Assembly: GCA_043228905.1 (NCBI GenBank)
Contig: JBHGNT010000001.1
Location: 19,468,001-19,532,000 of the forward strand
Source of the DNA: Azolla caroliniana
Taxonomy: Eukaryota > Plantae > Polypodiophyta
Direction: 5' to 3'
Length of the DNA stretch: 64,000 nucleotides
Below the pieces are notes generated by a model. That model worked only from the letters and a program-made list of their open reading frames with translations, made no database searches and was not told the DNA's origin. Both the position numbers and the translations under genes were made by a program. The number at the start of each line of letters is the position of its first letter. The stretch's first letter is position 1. Below, piece by piece: positions 37,588 through 51,100 of this stretch.

Positions 37588-39333
37588 AGTGTTTTCCGCC
37601 GGAATAGTAACCGATAGACAAGAGCACAGGAATACGGAATAGTATAATATTGTAACGCATGTAACGGTTCACGCGGGAAGCGTGAACGGCTAAAAGGCCC
37701 TCCGTATATAAAGGGCAGAAAACCTTTGTTAGAAGCGGCGTGTAATTTTGAATTTAAGAGGCGTATCATACTGTGTGTAGCTACAGCTAATCTACTGTGT
37801 GTCTGTAACACTTGAGAGCGTAGAAGTAAGTAACGGTGTGTGCGCTAGCCAACTGTCAAAGGAGTTCGGTTGTAGCCGTCTCCCTTATACGCTGCTAGGT
37901 TACGAGGAATATCCCACTAAGTATTACGTACAGACTTTACCCTTCCTTGTCATACAATCACTTGGAGGTCTAGGTCGAAGGATTGACCGTAGATCGTGTT
38001 CCTAGTCGGTAACACCATGCCCGGACAAAGCACATTGAGGTGTATTACCATTTTGTCCGAGAGCAAGTCCTCTCTAGTGAAGTTGAACTAGTGTATGTTC
38101 TGATGGATCGGCAAATTGCCGACATCTTCACCAAACCTCTCGGCCTGGACAAGTTGCGGCACTTTTCAGGTCTACTTGGTCTCCAACACCTCGATATGCC
38201 GAATTTGAGGGAGATAGGTGAAGTCGAAAACAATGAGGAGAGAGATGATGATGTCCGAAAAACCGAATCGGATACCGAACTCAATTTCGATTCGACTGAA
38301 GGAGTCAGAGCGTTCAGGTCGGCTAAAGAGGGCGAGAATGGATGGACATGTGCAGATAGAACGGACAAGTGGAGACTTTTCACACGTAGGGGGCGCGACA
38401 TCAAAGGGAAGCCAAAACCAACCGAAAATGGGGAAGGTAAAGCCGACAAGTCCAAGAAAACCAAGACACAAACGTGGTCTGATGTCGTGAAGGGTTTGAA
38501 GATCGGAAATGAATCAAAGACAGCCGATTCGGCCAAGAGTCGGAGCGAATCGGAAGCATCTGATTCAATCGAAATGTTCGATTCAAATAGACCGAATCGA
38601 TTGGCCACACAGTCAAAAGGGCAGCAAAAGTCGACTATGACACAGAGGAGCCGGTGGGTCGAGAAACACCAGGCGCTAGGACCACAACAGCGAGGCAGCT
38701 GACAATGGACAAGGGAGCAGACAAACCGACCAAGAAGGTCGAAGTGAGCATAATCGAACGGGTCATGCGAAGAGGAACCAGACCGAGCGAGGAGCGTGAG
38801 CCAAGCGGGAAGACGCCAGGAGGAGCCGGAGGAAAGGACCGGCGAACACACACAACAATCCGACCTCAAGTTGAGCTTGAGGGGGAGTGTTGAGCGGGCA
38901 AGCTCAACCGGATGCAGATCGGTTGAAAAAGACAAAGCCAGAGCGGAGAACTGGATCGGTATCTGGATAGATCAAAGTCGAACCAGAGAACCAGATCGTA
39001 CTCCGAAATAGTGAGAACCGGTAGGTCATTAGAGGCCTACGGTCTGAGCCTAGTACGAAGACATATTCCTTGGAGTTAGTGTCAATCGCTCGTATGAGGA
39101 TTAAAGTACATGTCAATACTTCTGTTAGTCTTTTTAAGGACTTGTATAAAAAGTGTTTTGTAGGATATTTGTATGTACATAGTGTTATTTTTTTAATTGA
39201 GTTTACGTTGTTCTGCTCTCTTTCTCTCCCATGTATTCCAGCTTTCCATTAAACCTATGTTCTGTGTTATGTTGTACCTCTTTCACTCCCGTGTATCCGG
39301 TTTTTTCTTAGCTTTCGCACAATATCTTTTACA

Positions 39334-41849
39334 GCCCACCAAATATCTAAACACATGCTTAACTACATTCCAATGCGATCGATCGGGATTGTGCATAAAT
39401 CTGTTGACGACTCCTACGGCATGAGCAATGTCAAGCCGTGTTGCAGTTATGCCGATTGCTTCGTCCGACTGGAGTTTCGGTGTTTGCTTGGCCTATTCTT
39501 GTTGCATATTAGCGATATTTCATTGATTAGCCTTTTCCACCCATTCCATGGCCACCTTCCGGACCGCTTCTTATGCCCCCCATTCTATGGTTTTCCCCTT
39601 CAACCGGGTCGTGACTTGTTGTACGTCCATGACTTCGGCTATCACCATATTTACCACCAACTATTTTTCCTTAACCTTGACTGGGCACTAGCTACTATAG
39701 TGCCCTTCTTGTTGGCAATAATAGTAATATAATTTCCAGCCCCCGCTCGATTTGCCTTTATCTCCGCCTGTCAAGTGTATATCGGGAGCCATCCGATTGA
39801 TTTCTTCTGTTCTTCATTGCTCTAGCTGTGCTACTGCTTTACTTGTGTCTGGCCCATGTCGGTACTCTTGTTCCATGTCTCAGCGCTCATTTCTGCAATT
39901 GTAATTACCACGTCGGTGGTTTTGATTGCGGCACTGGTTATGGTACCACTACTTGTCCTGATACCTCTGTTCTACTCCTCTCATCCAGTTTTATTCTGGA
40001 GAGTAATCTCTATCGTATCAGTTCCATGGGTACTCTTCCCTTCTCCGGACGTCGTCGTACCGGAATCTGTCTTCCGGTCCGTATCGGTCCCCTCCTTGGA
40101 TATGAACTTCTTCTAGTCGTCGTTCTTCGCGGGGCTCTATTTGTCTTACCGGTGTTGCTTGCCTATTCAGCAAGTTATATTCGCATCGCTCGATGGTATG
40201 TGCCCGTGAGTGGCACGGTGCACATTGCATTCGCATTGTACATTCTAAACTTGAATGTCCCGGATTGAGGCATGTTGTACATTGTATTGCTTACCGGAAC
40301 TAGAGGTCCTCCTCCTTGGGCAGTTTTCGTTGTAAGGCTCCCATCACCATGTGATTACCATTTTGGACCCGATCCATGTCGAGCACCCGGTCAATTACTT
40401 GATCGATTGTACTTGTCCAGAAATCCAAAACCGTCAAAGTGGTCCAAAGTGCTTCTCGTAGAGCCGCCAGAAATATTTCTTTGTACTTCTTCTTCTGGAG
40501 GTGCCCGCATCAATTTGTTGTGAAGGTTCTAAAACCTGATAATAAACTGTGGTATTGTTTCATGCGCCTCTAGGTAGGTGGCATAAAACCGTCCGACTAG
40601 TTCACTTTGCACCACCTGCCGATGGAACAACCGCAGGTCTTGGAATGTAGCAAAACTCCCTGGGTTATGCTATGCATACCATCTTGTGGCTTGTCCTTCT
40701 AGCAATAACCCAAACTCAGCAATTCTTGATCTCTCTGCTTTTGGTTCTGAAAGTCGTTGGGAGACGTGGTTGGCCTCTTACGTCGTCAAGGATGCGCAAC
40801 GTCTTCTTTTGCGTCCAACTCCTCCTAGTCCTTAGGATAAGCATATGGCATTGTATCTTCTTCTTCGGCACGTACTGGTTCCGATATGATTTCTTGTGCC
40901 GGTGGCGTTGGCACTGGATTGGCTTCCTCTATCGGTGGTTGTAGCGGGATAACTTCTTCCACCTCGGTGTTGGAACTAGAATTACTTGTTCTGTCGGGGG
41001 TGTCAGTGTCATAGTGTTCGACTCTAGTGTTGGTGTTTGCTCGAACTCATCTTCCTCCAGCTCGTTCGGAGTATTGTGACTGGATCTATAATTGGAATGG
41101 GTGCTTCGCTCATCGCTCATGTCGTTGTCCAATCCCAACTCAACGTCGTTCGAATGGCATTGGTTCCATCTATGAATTGTTTCTTCGGCCAGCCTCCACA
41201 ACTCTCTAGGAAATGACCGATCCTGCCGGATTTCCTCTGCTGCCTGCTGGTATGCCTCCTGCCTCCGCAAGTGTTCGGCTAATCTCCTCGTTCGCTCGGT
41301 GACCAATTCTTTCGTCTGTCTAGACACATCCATCCTCCGGTGTTCCTGCTCCATGCAACAATCATGGTCGCCAAAATTGTGTTTATCCTAGGCTGGACTT
41401 AGCCGCAAACACAAGGTATCCATTTCCGGAATACTTATCCAAAGGGGTGGTCAAAGATATGGATTATTATTCCCCACTCATACACTTATAACTATCTAGT
41501 TCCTGTCCAGAATACATACACCATATCCGGCAATCAATTCCACGCATAAGATAACAAGATATAGCACAGACGGCAAATACACAAGATAGACAAAAAGATA
41601 GACAGTCAATCACTTAACCTACATTACTTCCGCACTAATACAATCAATCTGAATCCTTTATATAGGCATCCGGTAAGGTCACAAAATGGTACTTCGTCCG
41701 GCTACCCGATTACAAAACAGTGCAGATCTGGATCCGTACATCCATCCGGACCCGTCATTTCCTTAATACAAATTATCTATAATATCTATTATTCTCTAGC
41801 CTCTGGTTCACACCTCCGCCTCCGAATCATACTCTTTCTTCGGCCAACA
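39334..41849 (-). mobile_element. 5' half of gypsy element G (LTR ~41378-41849, PBS, gag, start of protease region), relative of E and of the solo LTRs
   Basis: PBS TGGCGACCA (tRNA-Arg(UCG)-like) at ~41373-41365; gag peptide CAPCHSRAHTIERCEYNLLNR matches E; LTR shares AACACAAGGT..CCAAAGGG with the solo LTRs. Confidence 0.75.
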
Positions 41850-42170
41850 GAGAGCCAAATCACATGAAGGCCAAGCAAACGAGAGGGCAGTCGAAGCCGA
41901 CACCGAAACGAAGGAGCAAACAAGTCGAGGGGCGCCAATAGCGAGGGAGCTGAGAAGGGCCTGTTGAGCAGACAACCCGATCATAGGGGTCGAGGAGCGC
42001 GAAACCAGATGAGTCGAGGGGCATCGGACCAGAGGGGTCGTGGGACACAGAACTGGGGGCTGGACATGGAGCTTGTGCGAGCGTGTTCTCTCTAGTGAAG
42101 TGGAACTGCAATATGTTCCATCTAATCAACAATTGGTCGGCATCTTCACCAAACCCCTTGGCTTGGACCA
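41850..42170 (+). mobile_element. Scrambled fragments of the A/F copia family (3' extension followed by RNase H end)
   Basis: ERVLSSEVELQYVP..GIFTKPLGLD at 42075-42168; preceding sequence resembles 38660-38790. Confidence 0.65.
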
Positions 42171-42804
42171 AGAATATCACGTACAGTCCATGCAAGATGA
42201 CAAGGAAATTTGCATGAGCTACAAGTTGGGATGTTGGTTGTAACATTAGCAGGGGATAACGAGTTTGATCATCCATTTTGGGTTGCTAAGATTCTTTAGA
42301 TAATGAAGAATGAAAAAAGCAATCAACTTAAGTCAATTGTGGTCCATTAGTATCATACATCACACATCTTCCCCTTGGCTTGGACCAAGAATATCACGTA
42401 CAGTCCATGCAAGATGACAAGGAAATTTGCATGAGCTACAAGTTGGGATGTTGGTTGTAACATTAGCGGGGGATAATGAGTTTGATCATCCATTTTGGGT
42501 TGTTAAGATTCTTGAGATAATGAAGAATGAAAAAAGCAATCAACTTAAGTCAATTGTGGTCCATTAGTATCATACATCACACATATTCCCCTTGGCTTGG
42601 ACCAAGAATATCACGTACAGTCCATGCAAGATGACAAGGAAATTTGCATGAGCTACAAGTTGGGATGTTGGTTGTAACATTAGCGGGGGATAACGAGTTT
42701 GATCATCCATTTTGGGTTGCTAAGATTCTTGAGATAATGAAGAATGAAAAAAGCAATCAACTTAAGTCAATTGTGGTCCATTAGTATCATACATCACACA
42801 TCTT
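42154..42804. repeat. Three tandem copies of a 217-bp unit
   Basis: CCCCTTGGCTTGGACC starts at 42154, 42371 and 42588; copies are nearly identical. Confidence 0.95.
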
Positions 42805-43477
42805 CCCCTGATATATTTACTGGAAAGTATTCTTTAGAGATGGTCAAGGACGTTAAAAGCACAAGCAAAAATTGAAGAAGAAAAAATGTACCTAGCATAT
42901 CAACTCTCACACTTGATTTTGTTGATATACTTGTGTATGACTTCTCTTTAACAAAAACAGGCCATCTGAGACAAACTACAATCAAAATATTAAAAGAGAA
43001 GCTCCCTAATGTAGCGCAAGAAACAACACAAAGACAAACAAGAAGCATGTCTCATAACCACATTTCAGTTGGCTAGCAATTGGATGAAGACGATGAATTA
43101 GTCGCCAATAAGGAAGAGGACGAAACTTCACAATGTGCTACAAGTTCATCAGATGGATCTGAAAACGATGGAATAGACTTGGAAAGCGACATTTTTCACT
43201 CATAAACTGTAAATATTGTATTCTAGTTTAAATTGTTAAATACCGACTATATATAGATTTAGATGTTAGTCATTTTGTATATTATTTTGTAAGTTTGGCT
43301 TGCCGCCACCAATTTTCAACATATTAAAAATCAATATATTTATGGAGCATTTTTAAATCTCCTTTATGCATACACATGCCCTTCTTGTGAATCAACCTAT
43401 TTTTGGTCTTTTTTTGTCCTCTTTTACGGGGCATTCTCAAATTGCAACATATTACCTATTTCAAATGTCCTCATGTT
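42171..43477 (+). mobile_element. DNA transposon D3, 3' end (D2 subfamily)
   Basis: HPFWVAKI..FTGKYSLEM..VYDFSLTKTGHLRQTTI peptide; degenerate TIR ACATATTACCTATTTCAAATGTCCTCATGTT ending at 43477. Confidence 0.78.
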
Positions 43478-44978
43478 TCAAGTAATAACATGCAACTATT
43501 AAGCATTTGGGTGATGCAAAAACTCTAGAGGTAGTGTTATAAAACTTATTGTTACGAGCATAATTGTAATTGTAGTTGTGGGCTAATTCATAAGGAATGA
43601 AGGGTACCATGGGAGATCATGTTAAGTATTTCATCAATTGGCTACTTTATATAAAAAAAGCAACCAAGTCTGAAACACACAAGGGCGTAGGGTTTGACCC
43701 TATATAGCAAGTCTCCTTTTTTCTTCAAACTCAAGCATGATCCATGTCCATACACAACAATATGGCACACCAACAAGGGACTTGGATCCGTCTCACCTTT
43801 ACTAAGGGACAATAGGGTTGATTAGCACCCTTTTTTCCTAATGTTCCTCTTTAATTTTGCTCAATGTTAATTAAGTTTCTAACACATTCCCTCTCAAAAC
43901 ACCCCACCATTGACCACCACATTATTTTCTTCAGCCTCCTACAAATTCAATCAATGTTTTTTCTTGGTATAGACAATCATTATTCCACTTACTACAATTC
44001 AATCATTTCATCATTCCTTGTATGCTCTTATCTCAAGTTCTTTTATTATCATAATTTGTAATTAACTCCAACAGCTAGGTTTGAGATTTTTTTGGTTCAA
44101 ATGGTTCAAGTGCTAGAAACGTTTCATGGCTCTATTTGGTTCAATCTTAACTTTCAAAAAATTTAACAATCAAAGTTTAAGACTCCAGAACCGACAAAAA
44201 CTGACTTGTTAACTATTACTAACTAAAACAAATGACAAACCAAACCACACAAATGACAGAAAATAAGCAGTGATACAATTCATTTTTGTTAGACTTATGT
44301 TTTTCGGAAGAGTTTTATAAACATAAAACACTAAGAAAATCAAAGATAAACCAAAAAACAGTTAGCTTCCCCAAGTTTACTTCGTAACTGCTAGAATATG
44401 AATTTTTGCCAACTAAGTTATATTCATGAGACAGAAAGTTTTCAGTGAATGTACTCTACTGGCCTACTTATTTACTTAGCCTACATGTGGGCAATTTCCC
44501 TTTTACAGTTGATATTCAGGGCAAAAAATCAAAACCATATCAGCCCCCAGCAGAATCAAAGAAAAAAAGGACAAATATACATCTTTGTTACATCTTGTGT
44601 TGTGAGAGCTCAACGATTTCCAAACTTCGAAATGGTTCATCTATTGCTGTCATTAAAATACTATCACTTTGGTGCCTTGTTCTTGTGAATCAATGTTCTA
44701 TTATAAGGTCTCAAAACATAACAGTTGATAACCACAAGGTTACATATCAAAACCATTGGGAGTCATAACACTTTCAAAACATAACCATTTCTTTGGTGAT
44801 TGAAATATCATGAAGACATAATATAATGCTGAAGAAACGAACCCTCAGTACCACACATAAGATTTACATTTAATACAAAAAATCTACATTACCCAGAGAG
44901 AATTACGAAGGTTTTCGATGTCGCCCATACTAGTGCGTGAAACAAAAATTCCTTCTTAAAGATAACCAACAGACCCAC

Positions 44979-45179
44979 TTACAGAAATTGTTGAAGCCAT
45001 GTATTCCCAATAGCATCTTGATCAAGACCACTTTTTAACCTTTTAATATTGGAAATAGCATCTTCATAGTTCATTTGTTCTAATGGAAGTGATGCAAAGT
45101 CTTTAAGAAACTTTCTTGCACGCGTTGCACCCCATACCACATCATCTGGACAACATACACGTTTGCACTTTGTTCCAAC
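44979..45179 (-). CDS. MSH2: MSH2 exon 13
   Basis: [27 protein letters not shown]-stop. Confidence 0.9.
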   Translation of the reverse strand, partial: VGTKCKRVCCPDDVVWGATRARKFLKDFASLPLEQMNYEDAISNIKRLKSGLDQDAIGNTWLQQFL

Positions 45180-48100
45180 CTATTATATTAATTTCCACAC
45201 GCAAAAAACCCAAAATCTCAACATTTAGAATCATTAAATATAAAACAACAAATGCCTAAGCAACAAACATGAAGAGAAATTTATTTATATAGAACTAAGT
45301 TTTAGTAGGTTTTACTTCTTCCTTGCAACACTCTTCCTTTTGGGACGCATTAGAAAAATCCTCCAATTCGTTAGCTTTTTCACGTGCAAGTTTAATAACA
45401 CTTTCAGGGAAATGAGCAAACTCGGCCACATGAATCCCAAAGCTCTGATCACATGCTCCTTGCTCGACCTTTCATATTATAAACAGTTACAAATTCTAAG
45501 AAATATGCATTAAATGTGAGCACATATCACCTCTATTCACTCTCTCTTTTCCTGACTGTCTCGCTCTCAGAAATAGTGAGCGCTCCCTCTCTCTCTCCAA
45601 TGACCCTGCTAGAGAACTGTTGAAGACAAATTTCAATCCATCTGACATGCACTCACACCCACGGACATCTCAGAATAGTCTCATGACTCACAATTATGAC
45701 ATACAATACCCCTTGAAGGACCAATCACTGTTGTTGATGACAAAGTCCACAAAGACCTTACAAAAAACTCAGATTCAACAAAGGAAGACCATTTCAAGAC
45801 ACCAAAATTTGATGATAAGTACAATTCTTCATCTTCTTCTCTTGAATGCATAGGATATGATCTTACCAAGTCAACTATCAAAGGACTCTACAGTTCCATA
45901 GGATATGATCTTACAAAGTCAACTACTAACGAACTCTACAGTTCCATACAATATGATCTTACCGACTCAACTACAGAAGGAATCTACAGTTTCACATTAC
46001 CATCCATCATACTATCTTCATCTAGTAGACAGTTCTCCAGTCTATTAACATGAAACGCTGGCTGGATACAACTAAACAGCCTCTAGGAGTAATCAAAAGT
46101 ATATGTTCTTCTACCTCAAAGGAGCTTGGAGTATATCTCTTTTGTTGGCAGTATATGTTGCTCTATCCATTGTGGAACAGACTTTTCTCTTTGCAATACC
46201 CAACACATCTTCCATACCTTCCAAATACTCCAAGATACATGGATTACAACTACTTAATCTTATGAAATATGGACAACCTAGCTGAAACCCAGCTTGAACG
46301 AGGAAAACAGTCATCAAATGATTGCATGAGTTATTGGCAAAATGACGGAACGACAAATAACTTTCTCTGCCCTAAATATATATTCCAACATGTGGTTAAC
46401 CCATTTCTTGTGATCACTGGTTCCTCGTCATTCCAACCCTTAAATTTAGTGCATGGCTTCACAAACAAACTAATCCAAAACTGTCCTATCAAGTATCTTA
46501 GTCTGAGATTAATAGTTTTGGGCAACCCATGAACACATGCATGTTGAATGAATATATCGGCTGCCTACATAGCAGTTGCTTCATTTGTAGTGAGAACAAA
46601 ATGTGTCAATTTAGTCAACTGACTAACAGTAACAAACACTGTTTTGAGTTTATGTTGAGTATGAGGCAAACCGAAAACAAAATCCATGGAGACATTTTGT
46701 CATTTCCTATCCATAATGGCCAAAGTTTGCAAAATTCCAAGATAGCTGACTCTCAAAAACTTAGGTCTCAGAAGAAATGCATCAAGAACAGCCACACACA
46801 TCCTTGTTCGAGAATCATAGACCAATAGTAGAGCATAACCAATTCTAAAGTTTTCTCTGTCCCAAATATCCAGCAAACATGGACTATAGGTACAATTCCT
46901 GCTTGTACCCCTTCACAACCAATCTTGCTTTGTGCTTCGGCCAGGAATCAGAAGTGATCTTCATCTTGTAAACCCATTTGCATGTGTTTTCTGCCCTTTG
47001 GGCAACTGCAAGTCTCAAGTGCCATTTTTTCCAAGAGATTCCATCTCTGACAACATGGCTTTATACGATTTCTTGCTGTCCTGTCTGACCATTGCTTCCT
47101 TGAAGCAAGAAGGTTCACTACATTCTGCCACCATGAGATAAATCTACCACATTATTTGAGCTAGGAACAAATCTGTCAGGCTGTCTAGGAGCCCTAGAGG
47201 ATCTCCTGACCCAATAAGCATTGTTTGCTGGCTGTTGAGCCTGCAAATTATCATATTTAACCTGCTGTCATGGCTGTTCCTGCACATTTGATGGCTCAAC
47301 ATAATGTGCAATGGTTGGCTGATATTTCCAGCATCATTTTCTGCATTTGCAGCAGGAATTTTCTCCTGTACAGTGGAAACAATTTGCTCTCCAAAAGCTA
47401 TTGCTTCTCAGAATACAACCCACCCAGCTTCAACCAATGTGGCTAGAGGAAGAACAAAAAAGAAAAGTGAAAAAGTACAGAGGAACAGGAGCAAAAGCAA
47501 AGGCAAGGCTGAAGTGACTTGTTATCAATGTGGTAAGAAAGGTCATAAGAAGCCTGATTACAGATACTACAAAGCTGAATTAGAAAGAACGAAGAACACA
47601 GGTAACAAGAAAAAGGACAGAGAATGAAGCACTTAAAAACTTAAAGGACAAGCACAAAGAGAAGGACAATATGGCCTCTAGTGTCATCATTAAAGAGCCA
47701 TCAGATTTTACTACTATTGCAGCAGATCATTATGTGGCTCGATGATGGCATTCTACATCTTTACCATGTGGCTCATCATTATTGGCAAAGGCTGGCTGAT
47801 CATTTCCAGCCTCATTTTCTGCATTTGCAGGTAAGTTTGCAGCAGGTGTTTGCTGCTGTACAGCGGCACATTTTTCTGTCTAAAAGGTATTTCTTCTTGG
47901 AATATAACCCTACGTACTTCCTCGGTCTTTTCGGGTTGTTTACGCATGCGATTTTCCCAGAAGATAACATCATTGCTGCGTACTATTTTTCTTTTCTCGG
48001 GATCCCACAATCTATACCCCATTTCACCCTCGTCACCGTATCCTAGGAAAATACATTTGCAGGACTTTGGCTCAAGTTTGTTGTGTTCTTCTTTACGAAT

Positions 48101-51100
48101 GTGCACAAAGGACTTGTGCACAGTTTGAAGGGGCAGCACAAGGATTAGGGTTTAGGTCAACCAGAGAGGGAGAGAGTCTGAGTGAGAGACAAAGGGAGAG
48201 AGAGAGAGAGATATGTACGCTGTCTTGGGTACAAAGAGTGTACCACTTTTTTGGTTTTTCGATATTATGTATATACAAGTCAAAAATGTGCTACGAGTGC
48301 ATTCACACTCCTGCACTAATAAAAGGCATGATGGCCCTTTATTCCCAACAACCTCCCACCTAAAGGCAATGTGCCGTGAGAAAAAAAAAAAGGTCAGCTA
48401 AGTCCAAGTATGTACAAAGCTTAACTACATACATCTATCCAACTCCCATCATCTATCAGCAATGAGCAAATTGCTCAGCTGGAAGACCCTTCGTGAGAAG
48501 ATCTGCAGGATTATTATTTGTATGTACTTTGACAAGCTCAATGTTCTTGCTGTCAAGTACATCTCTGATGAACTGATACTTCACCTGTATGTGCTTCGTC
48601 TTTGCATGGAAGACGGGATTCCGAGCTAGCATGATAGCACTCTGACTGTCACAATGAAGAATAGGTAACTCTGGAATGCCAAGATCTCTCACTAGAAATG
48701 AAAGCCATAAAGACTCCTTGCATGCCTCAGTGGCAGCAACATACTCTGCCTCTGTAGTAGACAATGCAACACACTTTTGTAGTCTGGAGATCCAAGAGAC
48801 CGCTCCTGTTAAAGTAAACCACATACCCAGAAGTAAACTTTCTGCAGTCCGCATCCGTAAAACCGACGGCAGATGCCTTTTGCTTTCCAAAGCAAATGCA
48901 CAAGTCCTTTGTGCCTTTGACGTATCTCATAATACCTTTCACCCCTTCCCAATGCTTTTTGCCGGGATTTTCCATGTACCTACTAACCACTCCCACTGCA
49001 AAAGCAATGTCAGGGCGTGTAGTAACTATTGCATATATCAAACTGCCAACGGCTGAAGCATATGGAACCTTAGCCATTTCAGCCTTCTCATCGTCAGATG
49101 TAGGGCTGTCTTCTACACTGAGTTTCAAATATGGAGGCAATGGAACCCCAATTGTTTTCCCCCCTTCCATATTGAAACGCTGCAAAACCTTATAGATATA
49201 CTCCTGCTGAGATAGAAAGAGTACCCCTTTCAACCGGTTTCGGAGTATTCATCACCAAGATCCTTCATATCAAAGCTGCCATGAAGGCTTTGCTTCAATG
49301 AATCCAATGCATGAACATCCTTGCCAGCAATCAACATATCATCAACATACAAAACCAAGATAATCAGGCTGCCATCTCCTGCCTTCTTGGTGTACAAGCA
49401 GTGGTCCACGTGACTTCTACAAAAACCTTGAGACTGCATAAATGTATCAAATTTATGATACCATTCTTTTGGTGCTTGTTTCAACCCAGACAAACTCTTT
49501 TTGAGCTTACAAACCAACTTCTCTTTGCCTTTAGCCACAAAACCTTCAGGCTGCTGCATATATATGTCTTCATGCAGATCACCGTGTAAAAAGGCAGTCT
49601 TCAGATCCATCTGTATGAGCTCCATATCTTCAACTGCAACTAGGCCCAAAATGGTTCTTAATGTAGTCATCTTAACTACAAGAGAGAAGATCTCATCAAA
49701 ATCAACTCCATATTCCTGCTTGTATCCTTTTGCAACCAATCTTGCTTTGTACTTTGGCGAGAAATCAGAAATGATCTTCATTTTATAAACCCATTTGCAT
49801 GGAAGTGTTTTCTGCCCTTTAGGCAACTGCACCAAATCCCAAGTGTCATTTTTCTCAAGAGATTCCATCTCTGACAACATGGCTTTATACCATTTCTTAT
49901 TGTCCTGTCTGTCCATTGCTTCCTTGAAGCAAGACAGTTCGCCACAATCAGTCACCATAACATAATCAGCCACACTGTTTGCATCAGGAACAAATCTGCC
50001 AAGCTGTCTAGTAATTCTAGACAATCTCCTAACCCAATGCTTATTGTTTGGTAGCTGTTGAGCTTGCAAATCATCATTTTCAACTTGCTGTCCAGGTATT
50101 TCAGGCTGCAAATCAGCATTAACAGCTTGCTGTTCTAGCTGTTCACATACATATGTTACGTATGCGTATTAGGTCAATACCTGAATTTCTATGTAATTTG
50201 ATATATGATCTGTGTCGTATGCGTAAGAGGTAAATGCCTCGATTGCGTATTATGTTCACCCTTATTTTGGATGTTTCGTGTGCGTAGAGGCTATATGCCT
50301 TGATTACATATCTCGATTACATCATTCGTAGGCTATGTTATATTAACGATTCATTAATATATGCATATATAATCACTTGTATACATATTTGATCATATAC
50401 ATGTGATAAAAATATGTGTGTGTGTATTAGTATTTATTACGTGATATTGGTATATCAAAGGTTGTCCATTTTGGGGAAAGGAACATGGTGGCCATCCTCA
50501 CATTTTTTGTGCGAAAGGGGGAGTCACGACTCACCATCCTTTAAACAAATTTCTTTTTGTTATTCCCCTTGGTCACCTCGATTTCGCTACATGTTAGAAT
50601 GAAACGAGCATAGCCACAATGATGTTGTGAGCGTAAGGGCTTGACCCACTTCATGTGAGGTCGTCCATATGACACACGCATCCAACATGCCTCACTCGTT
50701 ACATGATTGCGATGCCACCATGAGATCATCATTACAAAAGGCATAAGTAATGACGTAACCATGTGATGGGCCACATGGGCCTACTACGAAAAAGAGGGCT
50801 AGTGTGGCTTGACCATTAGGTTGCACTTTGGGGTATGTCATCGTAATGATGAGACTTAAAGTTGGGTAACGTACCAACATAGTTGTCTAGTTAATGAGGG
50901 GGAAATAAGGTTTCTCGACACATATGTTTTCATTTAAAAAACATATATGGGCAAATGCCTTCGCATATCTCTCATATGCATAAACATTAAACATTCAAAA
51001 GGGGCAAACCATTTGGTTAGATCAAGTTCTTAATGTATTTTTTTTCAAGGTCTCGAGTTCAAATATGACCAAGACCATACAACATTATTGATAAATATGA

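Larger units (their letters stand above)
29012..38014 (+). mobile_element. Ty3/gypsy element E (non-chromoviral type) with LTRs 29012-29465 and 37590-38014 and an extra 3' ORF
   Basis: TSD CCATG; PBS TGGCACGCTTGGTG; gag PRFNGETD and CFVCQQPGHYATQC; protease VIDGGSGVN; RT VFLDDFAVYG (N-half deleted); RH VFVDASDIAIG; IN WGLDFVGPF, ISDQGSHF, PQANGLAE. Confidence 0.94.
25050..39333 (+). mobile_element. Decayed Ty1/copia element F (family of A), 3' LTR 38888-39333, interrupted by gypsy E
   Basis: gag TEKLDRSNYASW, zinc knuckle CWYCGRKSH, VWYMDFRASNH, IN LIHSDVWG, RT LYVDDLVI; RH split at 29011/38015; PPT GAGGGGGAG then TGTTGAG. Confidence 0.88.

Noticed and set aside
43480-44978. Small ORFs downstream of MSH2
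   Set aside because: AT-rich 3' UTR/intergenic sequence with no protein-like signal.
45849-45992. 48-bp triple repeat as a functional element
   Set aside because: Diverged minisatellite within a decayed retroelement 3' region; ordinary.
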